A stretch of 51,902 nt of DNA from a virus. Its lineage: Duplodnaviria; Caudoviricetes. The translations under genes were made by a program, and so were the position numbers. Each line of letters starts with the position of its first letter. The stretch's first letter is position 1. The notes beneath the pieces are model-generated. The model was not told the DNA's origin. It did not search any database and was given only the letters and a program-made list of their open reading frames with translations. The stretch spans positions 1-51,902 of the IMG/VR virus record IMGVR_UViG_3300003886_000264; one strand, 5' to 3'. Shown here one piece after another: positions 36,996-46,002 of this stretch.

Positions 36996-38630
36996 ATGGT
37001 TGATTTTAGAAAAGCATTAGCCCAAAAGGGAGTATCGCAAGAGTCATCTGATGAGACACTCCCCATACCCTTAAAGTCATCTAAAGTAATAGCAGAAGCT
37101 ACCTCTACTTTAAATGGAGACCAACTTAAAGCTTTTGATAAAATTATGGAGACCTTGCAAGACCCTGAAAAAGAATATTTTTCTTTAGAAGGATATGCTG
37201 GTACAGGGAAAACCTACCTTGTAGGTAAGATAGTTCAGTGTATTGATGGAGCAGTAGCTTTAAGTGCTCCTACCAACAAGGCAGTTAAGGTGCTATATGA
37301 TAATAAACTAATTCTTACAGAGGTACCAGAAGAATCTGAAATACCTAAGAAAGATAGACCTAATGGGAATGTTGCTTATGCTACGATACATAAGTTATTA
37401 GCATTAAGAGTTCAGTGGACAAGACCTTTCAAAGGTTCTGGTAAAGAACCAGAGCAGATTCTTGTCAGGAATTACAGGAGTAAACCAACTGTTAATGAAT
37501 ATTTGCTTTTAGTAATAGATGAAGCTTCGATGTTAGATGATGCTTTATTCAAAATGATTAGTACTGAGAAAAACAAGGAATTAAAAGTGCTTTTTATGGG
37601 AGACCCTGCACAAATACCTCCTATAAATAGGGAAGATTCTATTCCGCTGATTGCAGAAGAAAGAAAAAAGTGGGCTATGGAGCACGCAATATTAGAAAAG
37701 ATTATGAGACAAAAGAGTGACAATAAAATCTTAGAGGTAGCATATCAGATTAGAAATGGTCGCTTTAATAGTAGAGACCCTTTATTATCACGTATAAGCA
37801 ATAAGGATGTCTCTTTCTATACTTCAATGAAATTAGAAGATAAGCAAGTCTTTATAAAGATTATGATTTCTTATTTTCTTAGTGAGAAGTTTAATACAGA
37901 CCCTAACTATTGCAAAGTAATAGCTTGGACTAATAAGATGGTTAATACTTGTAATGAGATAATAAGGCACTCTATTTATAAAAGCTCTCCTAAGCTTAGC
38001 AAAATAATGCTTGGAGAGAAACTAATAGCAGATAAACCTATCTTTAATGAAGACCACGAGATTATTTTTAATACAAGTGATGAGTTTACCGTAGAGCAAT
38101 TTGAAGTAAAAAATCAGACTTATTATTTACCTGAGAAAGGTAATGAATTACTTGAACAGATAGAAATGGATATGAAAGGAACAGAAATTTCAGGAGCAAC
38201 AAAAACAGGATTTAACTTCAAGTATTACCAGTGTGATGTTAGGTACAGAACAAATGAGAACCCAGAGGGATGGTTAGCTATGATAGAAGTGTTGCACGAA
38301 GACTCAGAAAAAGCTTTTTGGTTTATGATGAAGAAATTAAAAGCAAGAAAAAATTGGGAGGAATATACAAAAAATATTGAAAGGTTCGCAAATGTTAAGT
38401 ATAATTATGCTATTACTTGCCATAAAGCTCAAGGCAGTACTTATAGTACTGTATTCCTAATGGAGGACGATATAGACCTTAATCACAGAACAATTGAACG
38501 TAACAGAATTAAGTATACAGCTTGTACACGACCTAAAAAAGAACTGTATATTCTTTCAAAATACAATCCAAGTAAGGAACAACAAAATGGATATATTGAA
38601 AAGGCACAGAGCTCTCTTAGACATAGTTGA
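36996..38630 (+). CDS. Dda/RecD-like SF1B helicase
   Basis: GYAGTGKT, SAPTNKA, TIHKLL, IDEASM, GDPAQIPP, IMRQ, YAITCHKAQGSTY, YTACTR. Confidence 0.93.
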   Translation: MVDFRKALAQKGVSQESSDETLPIPLKSSKVIAEATSTLNGDQLKAFDKIMETLQDPEKEYFSLEGYAGTGKTYLVGKIVQCIDGAVALSAPTNKAVKVLYDNKLILTEVPEESEIPKKDRPNGNVAYATIHKLLALRVQWTRPFKGSGKEPEQILVRNYRSKPTVNEYLLLVIDEASMLDDALFKMISTEKNKELKVLFMGDPAQIPPINREDSIPLIAEERKKWAMEHAILEKIMRQKSDNKILEVAYQIRNGRFNSRDPLLSRISNKDVSFYTSMKLEDKQVFIKIMISYFLSEKFNTDPNYCKVIAWTNKMVNTCNEIIRHSIYKSSPKLSKIMLGEKLIADKPIFNEDHEIIFNTSDEFTVEQFEVKNQTYYLPEKGNELLEQIEMDMKGTEISGATKTGFNFKYYQCDVRYRTNENPEGWLAMIEVLHEDSEKAFWFMMKKLKARKNWEEYTKNIERFANVKYNYAITCHKAQGSTYSTVFLMEDDIDLNHRTIERNRIKYTACTRPKKELYILSKYNPSKEQQNGYIEKAQSSLRHS

Positions 38631-38934
38631 GGACATTAACGAAACTGACATAGAAGATAAAGAAAAGTTTCAAGCATTTGCAGATGAACTATGCGAAGCA
38701 ATTACAAATAAGGTAACACTTAAAAAAAGACTTGCTGACCCAAGAGAAACGTCTGAGGGGATTAGAAATATACTTAACTTAATTGCCGTAGTACCCGACA
38801 GTATTAAGCAAATGATTTGGCTTAAAAAATTAGCTTTTGAATATGAACTAAACGAAGGGCTATTACTCAAAGAGTTTAATATTATTAAAGAAAGGAAACG
38901 CAAATGGGCAGAAAGGAAAGCAAGGCACAAATGA
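38587..38934 (+). CDS. Small protein resembling the DnaG primase helical-bundle (DnaB_bind) segment
   Basis: Start MDILKR at 38587; DPRETSEGIRNILNLIAVVPDSIKQMIWLKKLAFEYELNEGLLLKEFN. Confidence 0.6.
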   Translation: MDILKRHRALLDIVEDINETDIEDKEKFQAFADELCEAITNKVTLKKRLADPRETSEGIRNILNLIAVVPDSIKQMIWLKKLAFEYELNEGLLLKEFNIIKERKRKWAERKARHK

Positions 38935-39215
38935 CCTTAACAGTAGGAGATAAAGTTAAGGTTAATATAGTAGAGATACCTGAAGAGCATAGGCAATGTG
39001 AAGTAGGGGAGATTACAAAAATGTATATGAAGTTTAGAGCCACTCCAGAACTTAGGGATATAAGTATTACTGTTATGTTCGATGAGAACTATGTAAGAAA
39101 GCAATTCCGGTATGGTGGCGGCTTTTCGTCTTTAAGTTTTAATAGCAAAGATATAAATAATCCAGACGTTAAATATCCAGTATATATTGAGAGAATAAAT
39201 GATAGAAAGAAATAA
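38904..39215 (+). CDS. Small SH3/KOW-like protein
   Basis: LTVGDKVKV...VGEIT...ITVMFD; alternative start at 38931. Confidence 0.55.
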   Translation: MGRKESKAQMTLTVGDKVKVNIVEIPEEHRQCEVGEITKMYMKFRATPELRDISITVMFDENYVRKQFRYGGGFSSLSFNSKDINNPDVKYPVYIERINDRKK

Positions 39216-40362
39216 GTTATATAATAGCGATTGTTTTCTTATAATGGAAGACTTTCCTAACACATCTGTTAATATTTATTATACTGATACGCCCTATAAC
39301 TTAGGGTCGGAGTATATTATAGACAGTCAGGGTCATTATGTCTTTACTAAAGCATCTGACTTTATGAATAGTTGGGAAGCAATGGATGGTCGCTGGTGGA
39401 ATAAATACTTTAATGAAATATATAGAACTCTTAAGTATGGTGGTTACTTTATTACTCATAATATCGACAGACAAAGCGATATGTGGAGTTATTATGCAAG
39501 ACGTAATGGTCTTGTTCCTACACAAAAGTTATATTGGCTATTCGTTGACCATTTTCCGAAAGGCGTTGATGTTACTAAGCAATTAGACAGACTTCAAGGA
39601 CAAGAAAGGATTGTAGTTGGTAAACAGAAAGGAGCGCAAAAGAAAAGTACTGGAAAGTATGGCGATTGGGGACAGAACGCTAATGCAGACGGAACTTTTA
39701 ATCTTACCATACCTACATCAAAGATAGCACGAAAGTATGAAGGTTATATTTACGGACTTGCCTCACTTAAACAAATGGTAGAGGAAATACTTGTCTTTTA
39801 TAAACCACCAAAGGATACTGTTCCCAAAGACATTCTTGCAATGGAGGAGATAAGAAAATTTACTAACGAAGAGCTTATGTTAGCACATCCTTCAGTATTA
39901 AATTTGAAGAAAACTTCAATCCCCTCTTCTGACGGACTAAGGTGGACTCCACAGTTACTCGTGGCTGAGGAGATAATGCCTCGCCTTTTAGAGAACCCAT
40001 ATATCAATCACCCAGAAGCTGCTAAATTGAAGTCATCAGTTAAAGTAATAGAAGATAGCACTCCTAAAAACGATACTGGTAATATTTCACCTTATTATTT
40101 AGAGCCAAAGGTACAGGGAAACAAAAAGCATGTATCACCAAAGCCACTACCCTTAGTTCGTTGGATTATTGATTTGTTTAAGCCCCCCGAGCAAATCTTG
40201 ATAGTTGATACATTTATGGGGACTGGAGCCATACCTTATGTTTGTAAAGAGCAGGGTATAGATTATGTTGGAATAGAACTTGATAAAGATACCTTCGATG
40301 ATGCAAAAGAGTATATTGAAGGATTAGACAGCAACTTAACACTATTTGGAAGGAATACTTAA
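39199..40362 (+). CDS. DNA amino-methyltransferase (N4/N6, beta class)
   Basis: LYNSDC, motif IV variant TDTPY, HVSPKP..LVRWI, motif I DTFMGTG, GIELD. Confidence 0.92.
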   Translation: MIERNKLYNSDCFLIMEDFPNTSVNIYYTDTPYNLGSEYIIDSQGHYVFTKASDFMNSWEAMDGRWWNKYFNEIYRTLKYGGYFITHNIDRQSDMWSYYARRNGLVPTQKLYWLFVDHFPKGVDVTKQLDRLQGQERIVVGKQKGAQKKSTGKYGDWGQNANADGTFNLTIPTSKIARKYEGYIYGLASLKQMVEEILVFYKPPKDTVPKDILAMEEIRKFTNEELMLAHPSVLNLKKTSIPSSDGLRWTPQLLVAEEIMPRLLENPYINHPEAAKLKSSVKVIEDSTPKNDTGNISPYYLEPKVQGNKKHVSPKPLPLVRWIIDLFKPPEQILIVDTFMGTGAIPYVCKEQGIDYVGIELDKDTFDDAKEYIEGLDSNLTLFGRNT

Positions 40363-40871
40363 TGGCAAAATTTGAAGATTATAAAGATGAAGTAAAAGAC
40401 TTCTCTTTATTGGTCAATAATCAGTTTATTATAGCTTTGATTATGAACGATGTACCAATCTTAAGCTATAAATTAGAAGTCTTCACTGACGTATTATTAG
40501 CGAAAGGACTTGCATCTCTTACTACGATTAACATAAGAGTAAACGATGATAGACTTTTTGCTTTAGACATAAAGATTGTCGAAAGTGATTCTGAGGATTT
40601 TAAGTTAATTCTTATACTTACATATCCTAAAGAGGTTATCGTTCCCAAAGGGACACTATCGGATGAAGATATGAAGCAGTTTGGTTTATCAATGAGTAAA
40701 CCTGCTATATTTGAAATCACTCCTTCTGACCCTGCCCCTGAGATAGAGTTCGCTAAGGAGGTTAAAACTTTCTATTTCAGACCAACTATATCACAAGGGG
40801 AAGCGATAGTTAATGAAAGTTTTATTTGGCTTAAAGAGCAAATTATGCTTAAAGTTAGTGGAGTAAACTAA
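40362..40871 (+). CDS. Hypothetical protein
   Basis: TAATG coupling; 169 aa. Confidence 0.75.
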   Translation: MAKFEDYKDEVKDFSLLVNNQFIIALIMNDVPILSYKLEVFTDVLLAKGLASLTTINIRVNDDRLFALDIKIVESDSEDFKLILILTYPKEVIVPKGTLSDEDMKQFGLSMSKPAIFEITPSDPAPEIEFAKEVKTFYFRPTISQGEAIVNESFIWLKEQIMLKVSGVN

Positions 40872-41125
40872 TGTCTTCTAAACCAAACTTAAAAAGGGAA
40901 AATTATCTTAATCAGTTTCAAAGGATTTCAAGATTACCTTATGATGCAGAACCTTATGACCCTGACCCTTTATGGGAAATTGGTAGACAGTTAGGTGGAA
41001 TACAAAGTAAGTTAGACCAGATAACTACTTTAATTCAAGCCCCCAGTGAAGGAGGGTATCTTTTAATAAATAGAGTATGGAGGAAAGGTGAAACTCGGGA
41101 AGAAAACAATCCAGATAAGCTTTGA
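40871..41125 (+). CDS. Small hypothetical protein with a portal-like peptide segment
   Basis: GGAG RBS, TAATG coupling; 84 aa. Confidence 0.65.
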   Translation: MSSKPNLKRENYLNQFQRISRLPYDAEPYDPDPLWEIGRQLGGIQSKLDQITTLIQAPSEGGYLLINRVWRKGETREENNPDKL

Positions 41126-41855
41126 TATTGAGGACGATAAACCTCACAAAGCACTTCGTATATATGACACTAATGGAAATGCTCTTGGATATGGAGAGAT
41201 GGTAGTAAAGAAAACTGACCCAGAGAATACTCTGTTTGAGAGCAAACCTGGATATATCATATATGCAGCTTCAATAGACCTTGACAAGATGATTCAGAAA
41301 GAGAAGGAAGCGGATAATCGAAAGGTTAAAACTGTTACTAAAACAGAAGAACCTGATGTTGAAGACTCAGGTAATGAGGAAGAAGACAATTGGGTAAGAG
41401 GTTCATTACGGCAATTGAAAGATGCTAAAGTAATGATTACTCTTACTACTGTAGAGGAGCTTCGAGAACAGTACCATAGAATTCCACGTGTTAAACTTGG
41501 TAATAGCCCAAGAGGTGTACCTAATGGTATAAAATCAAAGCTTACTGTTGGTGATGACTTTTACTCTTACCCAAAGGAAGATTTTAAGCAAGCTGAACTT
41601 CCAGAATCACTCAAAGAAGCAGTGGATAAAGCGGGAGATTTTATTTTAGCTGAACAAAAAGTAAGAGCTAATGCTACTTGTTATGGTGATATGCCTCCAG
41701 ATTATATAGGAGACAAAGTGAAAGAAGCTGAGTGGGAAAAACAGAAAGCAGCAGAACGTCAAGAACTTATTGATGCAAATACAGCAAAATTTCAAGAACA
41801 AATGGAAAAGAACCGTGAGCAAAAAGAAACTAATATATCACTGGATGATTTATGA
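41088..41855 (+). CDS. Hypothetical protein
   Basis: GGAGG RBS, GTG start; 255 aa, charged. Confidence 0.7.
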   Translation: MKLGKKTIQISFDIEDDKPHKALRIYDTNGNALGYGEMVVKKTDPENTLFESKPGYIIYAASIDLDKMIQKEKEADNRKVKTVTKTEEPDVEDSGNEEEDNWVRGSLRQLKDAKVMITLTTVEELREQYHRIPRVKLGNSPRGVPNGIKSKLTVGDDFYSYPKEDFKQAELPESLKEAVDKAGDFILAEQKVRANATCYGDMPPDYIGDKVKEAEWEKQKAAERQELIDANTAKFQEQMEKNREQKETNISLDDL

Positions 41856-42457
41856 AAACCTTTAAGATAGTTCTTGAGGATGAAGCACCTGTTAAGAAAA
41901 ATCAAAGGAAGGAGGCGTGGACTCGTAAAGATAAAAAAACTGGTGTGATAACTCCACTTAACTTTAAAGCAAGTTGGTACACTAAAGCTTGGAATAAGTA
42001 TGCTGCACTTGCTATACAAAGACTCTATAAATGGAGGCAGATTGTAGAAAAGATTGAGAAAATAAAGTTTCCATTGAAAGGAGAGTACGTGGTTAGCATG
42101 GTATTCTTCCGCAGTACAGTACTAACAAGCAAACTTGATTTAGATAATTTAGAAGGAGGAATATTAGATATACTTGCTGGCAATTCAGGAATAGACTTAT
42201 CTGCTGCAAAATGGAAGATAGACCATAATGATTACAAGATACTAAATGACGACAGTGTTACTCACGTTAAGAATCACGGATGTTCGATTTGCTTCTATGC
42301 ACCTTCTAATCCTCATACAGAGATATTTATATCAGAATTTGATTTAGCTAAGTATGGAGAAATCTTTAAGCTATGGCATCCTGGAGCTCAACTTGGCTGG
42401 ATACCTCCGCAGCAGACACATTTATTCCAAGAAAACGACCTATTAGATAATTTATAA
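41852..42457 (+). CDS. rusA: RusA-like Holliday junction resolvase
   Basis: APVKKN, DLDNL...D.L and ILNDDS..V catalytic Asp pattern; PHTEIFI. Confidence 0.78.
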   Translation: MKTFKIVLEDEAPVKKNQRKEAWTRKDKKTGVITPLNFKASWYTKAWNKYAALAIQRLYKWRQIVEKIEKIKFPLKGEYVVSMVFFRSTVLTSKLDLDNLEGGILDILAGNSGIDLSAAKWKIDHNDYKILNDDSVTHVKNHGCSICFYAPSNPHTEIFISEFDLAKYGEIFKLWHPGAQLGWIPPQQTHLFQENDLLDNL

Positions 42458-42471
42458 AGAAAGGATAAAAA

Positions 42472-42822
42472 ATGGAAGAGATACTTGTTTCCCCACAATT
42501 ACTTGAACATGCACCTTTAAAGATTAAATTCTTTACAGCTGCGTATAGTCCAGAGGTAGATAATTACCTTAACGAAGTATTAGAAAAGTTTGTTTATGAG
42601 GATTTAACTAAAGTTAGGGAGATTACAGGCGTTCCCTCTCTTTTCTTAAGTTCAAGCAAAGATATTCTCTTTGCTATTCCATATAAAGAAATTATACTCA
42701 CAGATGAATTTGTTCTAAAGAGAATAAATCATATGGAAGAGAGTATTTTACAATCTTTCTCTAATTGGGAAAAGGTTATAGAGGGTCTGCGAGAAAAAGG
42801 TTACAAGATAGGCATTGGATAA
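42472..42822 (+). CDS. Hypothetical protein
   Basis: GAAAGGA RBS; 116 aa. Confidence 0.7.
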   Translation: MEEILVSPQLLEHAPLKIKFFTAAYSPEVDNYLNEVLEKFVYEDLTKVREITGVPSLFLSSSKDILFAIPYKEIILTDEFVLKRINHMEESILQSFSNWEKVIEGLREKGYKIGIG

Positions 42823-42970
42823 GACATTCTCTATTTTTGGAGCAAAAAAAACGCTATAAATTGCCTGTACGAGTGCCAATATTGAGGGTATATAGTAAAC
42901 CAAACCGCTAATATTAAGGAAACGTTGGCATATTTCCGGTTGTTTGTGGTTAAATTATAAACAATACATA

Positions 42971-43936
42971 ATGAGAACCGAAATGCAAAAAAAGACTGTA
43001 CAACTGCTTTCTGATTTATGGACAGCAGTTGCTAAAGAAAAACTAAAGTTTGAAAGTGGTGACTTACCACCAGCACCGAAAGAGGAGACTTATCTCCCTG
43101 ATGGTCTAAACGAAGAAGATTTTGGGTTCATCGTTGCATCTATTAAAGAGATTAAAAAACCTAAGAACTATCTTTGTATAATAAATAAAGGTAAGGTTAT
43201 AGCTAAAGATGAGATGCCTATCTTTTTTAATAAACAGTTAAAAGATTACTGCCGTAACGTTGCTTATGAAATGGAAGGGAGCTATCCTTTCAAGTTTACA
43301 TTCATACGCAGAGCAGATAAAGTTTTGAAGGGTCTGTCCCACTTGGGCTTTACACCTGAACATAAAGTCGCAATCTTTACTTTAAAAGAAAAAGGTAAAG
43401 ATAATATTAACCATATAGAAAAGGAGCAAAGTATGAACAAGATTAGAAGCATTGAGATTATCTATGCGGATGGTCGAAGAGTAACAAAACTAAAGCCCGA
43501 TACAGAGGCTTTAGATGAAATTTCAGAAAGTATAAAGAGTGAGATTATGCTTTCACAGGAACCACAGATAGACACTCACATAGTTTATAAAAGAGATTAC
43601 TTCAAAGCAGCACCGACCAATATCCACTCTGCTCTCTTAACCATTGATGACTTTTATAAGAATATGCGTATAAGACTCAAGAAACCACTTGAAGTGTCTT
43701 ATATGGTTGTCAATGCTGACGAACCTTATGCTGATAGAATTTTGCGTGAGATACTTATAGGAGAATCAATAAAATTAAATATTAGAAAGGGAACTGATGA
43801 AGATAAGGATAGTCCAGACACGGACACCCAAGCAGGGGGAAGACCTGAATCAAACATTAACAATGACAGTACCGAGCAAGATGAGCAACGTAATGGAGAA
43901 CCGGACTCTTCCACCCCCCCTCTTAATCTTGAATGA
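42971..43936 (+). CDS. Multi-domain hypothetical protein (possible internal start at 43433)
   Basis: ATG at 42971 or 42983. C-terminal HIVYKRD...YMVVNADEPYA motif seen in small phage proteins. Confidence 0.7.
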   Translation: MRTEMQKKTVQLLSDLWTAVAKEKLKFESGDLPPAPKEETYLPDGLNEEDFGFIVASIKEIKKPKNYLCIINKGKVIAKDEMPIFFNKQLKDYCRNVAYEMEGSYPFKFTFIRRADKVLKGLSHLGFTPEHKVAIFTLKEKGKDNINHIEKEQSMNKIRSIEIIYADGRRVTKLKPDTEALDEISESIKSEIMLSQEPQIDTHIVYKRDYFKAAPTNIHSALLTIDDFYKNMRIRLKKPLEVSYMVVNADEPYADRILREILIGESIKLNIRKGTDEDKDSPDTDTQAGGRPESNINNDSTEQDEQRNGEPDSSTPPLNLE

Positions 43937-44032
43937 AAAAGGGGAAAGAATAGGGCGAGTTATAGAGCATAAAGGGCTTGTTTTGTCTTATGGTAAATTT
44001 TATCTTAAATTAGAAATAGATGAGGAAAAACT

Positions 44033-44233
44033 ATGAGACTGCAGAATATGAGCAAAGAAGAACTCTTAGTAACTGCACAATATTTTATAGAGAATATTGA
44101 AAAATGTCAGAAAATTCTGGCAGACTATCTTTCACCTGAAGGAGTATCGGTATTACTTACAATGGATAAATTATTGGAAATACTTGATAGTGAGACACTT
44201 ATTAAATTTATAAAGGAAGTAAAAGAATCATGA
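44033..44233 (+). CDS. Small helical hypothetical protein
   Basis: GAGG RBS; 66 aa. Confidence 0.65.
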   Translation: MRLQNMSKEELLVTAQYFIENIEKCQKILADYLSPEGVSVLLTMDKLLEILDSETLIKFIKEVKES

Positions 44234-44628
44234 GTGATAAAGAAAGACTAAAAAAGATTTTTACTAAAGCAAAGTGGAGTCTTTCAGCGATATGGTTTAC
44301 GGAAGAAATAGCCAACCCCACCTTAATAAGAGGAATATTTCTTACACCTGAATTTGCTAAAGCGTTTTTTGGTGAAGAGTTAATCACGATGCGAAGAATG
44401 GCTCTTGATATGGGGCAAGGAACTCTTGAATGGAGCAAACTCTTAATAGCCGGTGTACCTTTTATCCATTCAAAAGATTATAAGCTCTCCGAGAATGCCC
44501 ACAGGGCTTTTTACTGTGACCAAATAGTAAACTTACGTGGTATAACGATAATGTATATGTGGCAGTACCACCTACAACAAATGGTACTTGAAGAAAATTT
44601 ACTTAAATATTTAGAAAGGTTTATATAA
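44230..44628 (+). CDS. Hypothetical protein
   Basis: ATGA-coupled; 132 aa. Confidence 0.7.
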   Translation: MSDKERLKKIFTKAKWSLSAIWFTEEIANPTLIRGIFLTPEFAKAFFGEELITMRRMALDMGQGTLEWSKLLIAGVPFIHSKDYKLSENAHRAFYCDQIVNLRGITIMYMWQYHLQQMVLEENLLKYLERFI

Positions 44629-45293
44629 TGGGAAAAATAACTGAGATAAAAGTCAATCCAGGTGGTCAAGTAAGAGGCATAAGACTTAGTAATAATGAAA
44701 GACCAAGTCATATACTGGTAAATTTTACTAAGAAGAATATAGAAGCTATATTTGATGACCCTGATGGTACGGGGAACTTTTTCCGGTGGTTAATCCAGGA
44801 AGTTATTCCAAGTTTAACTTCACAAGAAAGTGGTTCTAATGATATTCCCTCAGCATCGAATATAATGAAAAATATACTTAATGGGGAAGAAGTAATAGTT
44901 TACTCTCCATTAGAACCTATTGAAGAAGGATTATTATCTACTGGACAAAGACCTGATTTTATTCTTGTCAAATTTACTAAAAAGGATATTAAGGAAGCAG
45001 TTTCTGACGGAGGTTATAGACTCTTTAGTTGGTTAGTTCGGAGGGTCTCAATGACTTTGCCATCAGAGTCTAAACCAAGAGTGCTACTGGAAAAGCCACC
45101 TTTAGGTATAATACCAAAAGAATTATGGTATGCGCAGAGACTAAATAACTTAAAAGAAGCGATACAAAGGAGACAAGAAAGAAAAGAAGGAGTTAGTTGT
45201 GCTGCTGAATATCTTGTATATTTACTTGCTGATACAGAACTTCTAAAGTTAGTAAAGGAGTATCAAGAAATGCTAAAGAGAATTGAAGAATAA
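44628..45293 (+). CDS. Hypothetical protein with an internal duplication and a C-terminal KPPLG domain
   Basis: Two copies of RP..ILV.FTKK.I...G..F.WL; C-terminal KPPLGIIPKELW...R...AI.R. Confidence 0.75.
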   Translation: MGKITEIKVNPGGQVRGIRLSNNERPSHILVNFTKKNIEAIFDDPDGTGNFFRWLIQEVIPSLTSQESGSNDIPSASNIMKNILNGEEVIVYSPLEPIEEGLLSTGQRPDFILVKFTKKDIKEAVSDGGYRLFSWLVRRVSMTLPSESKPRVLLEKPPLGIIPKELWYAQRLNNLKEAIQRRQERKEGVSCAAEYLVYLLADTELLKLVKEYQEMLKRIEE

Positions 45294-45296
45294 AGT

Positions 45297-45340
45297 AAAA
45301 AGGAAAGCGGGTAAGGGAGACGAAACTTACCCGCTCCTTT
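45297..45340. terminator. Bidirectional terminator between the convergent arms
   Basis: 10-bp stem AGCGGGTAAG/CTTACCCGCT flanked by A-rich and T-rich tracts. Confidence 0.8.
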
Positions 45341-45348
45341 AGAAAGAA

Positions 45349-46002
45349 TTAAAAAGCTCTTGTTTTCACGTAAGCCCATTTAACCTTTCCATTGACCTTG
45401 CTCTCATTATAGACCTTACGCAATCTATAAAACCATCCTTTACCAAACTTCCAAAAAGTTCTACGAGTCTCATAAAATTCTTTAAGTTCAAATATATAAA
45501 GTTCATATAAATAACTTTCATTTAGTATCCTTTTTGAACGTTGTCCTTGTAATCCTACCCTGTAAGCTGCGCTTATTGTTCTATGCCCTAAGATTCCATC
45601 AACTTTAAGAAAAAATCCAAAGCTTATATTTATAACAACTTGCAATGCTTTAACTGCTCGTTTAGGGTCTGCGTTAATACCAAAGTCAAATACTTTAAAA
45701 GCTAAACTCTCATCAGTAAATTGGTCGTAATAAAGACTATAAAAGTTCTTGTGATAAAACTGAATCGTGTATTCAATAGCTTCTAAATATTTACCAGCTT
45801 TCCAATAACTCATAACAACTTCAAAGTCTTCTTCCCAATACTTGGAAGCTATCCCGAATATTGTCTTACCACCTATATCATCAGGGTCATTTGCTAAGAC
45901 ACCTTCATTTATAAGAGATGCTTGAATAAATCTTATAAATCGAGCAGAGTAATAAGAAGGGAAGCGATATGCTCCCTCCTTAAATAATTGTGCGACTATC
46001 AA
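45349..46002 (-). CDS. Endolysin, glycosyl hydrolase family 108 with peptidoglycan-binding region
   Basis: EGVLANDPDDIGGKTIFGI, VFDFGIN, VDGILGHRT, KFGKGWFYRL. Confidence 0.92.
   Translation of the reverse strand: MIVAQLFKEGAYRFPSYYSARFIRFIQASLINEGVLANDPDDIGGKTIFGIASKYWEEDFEVVMSYWKAGKYLEAIEYTIQFYHKNFYSLYYDQFTDESLAFKVFDFGINADPKRAVKALQVVINISFGFFLKVDGILGHRTISAAYRVGLQGQRSKRILNESYLYELYIFELKEFYETRRTFWKFGKGWFYRLRKVYNESKVNGKVKWAYVKTRAF

Noticed and set aside
21193-42457. Several proteins ending in DDL/NDL as a shared targeting tag
   Set aside because: Largely explained by SD-like sequence plus TTATGA stop-start overlaps dictating the terminal codons.
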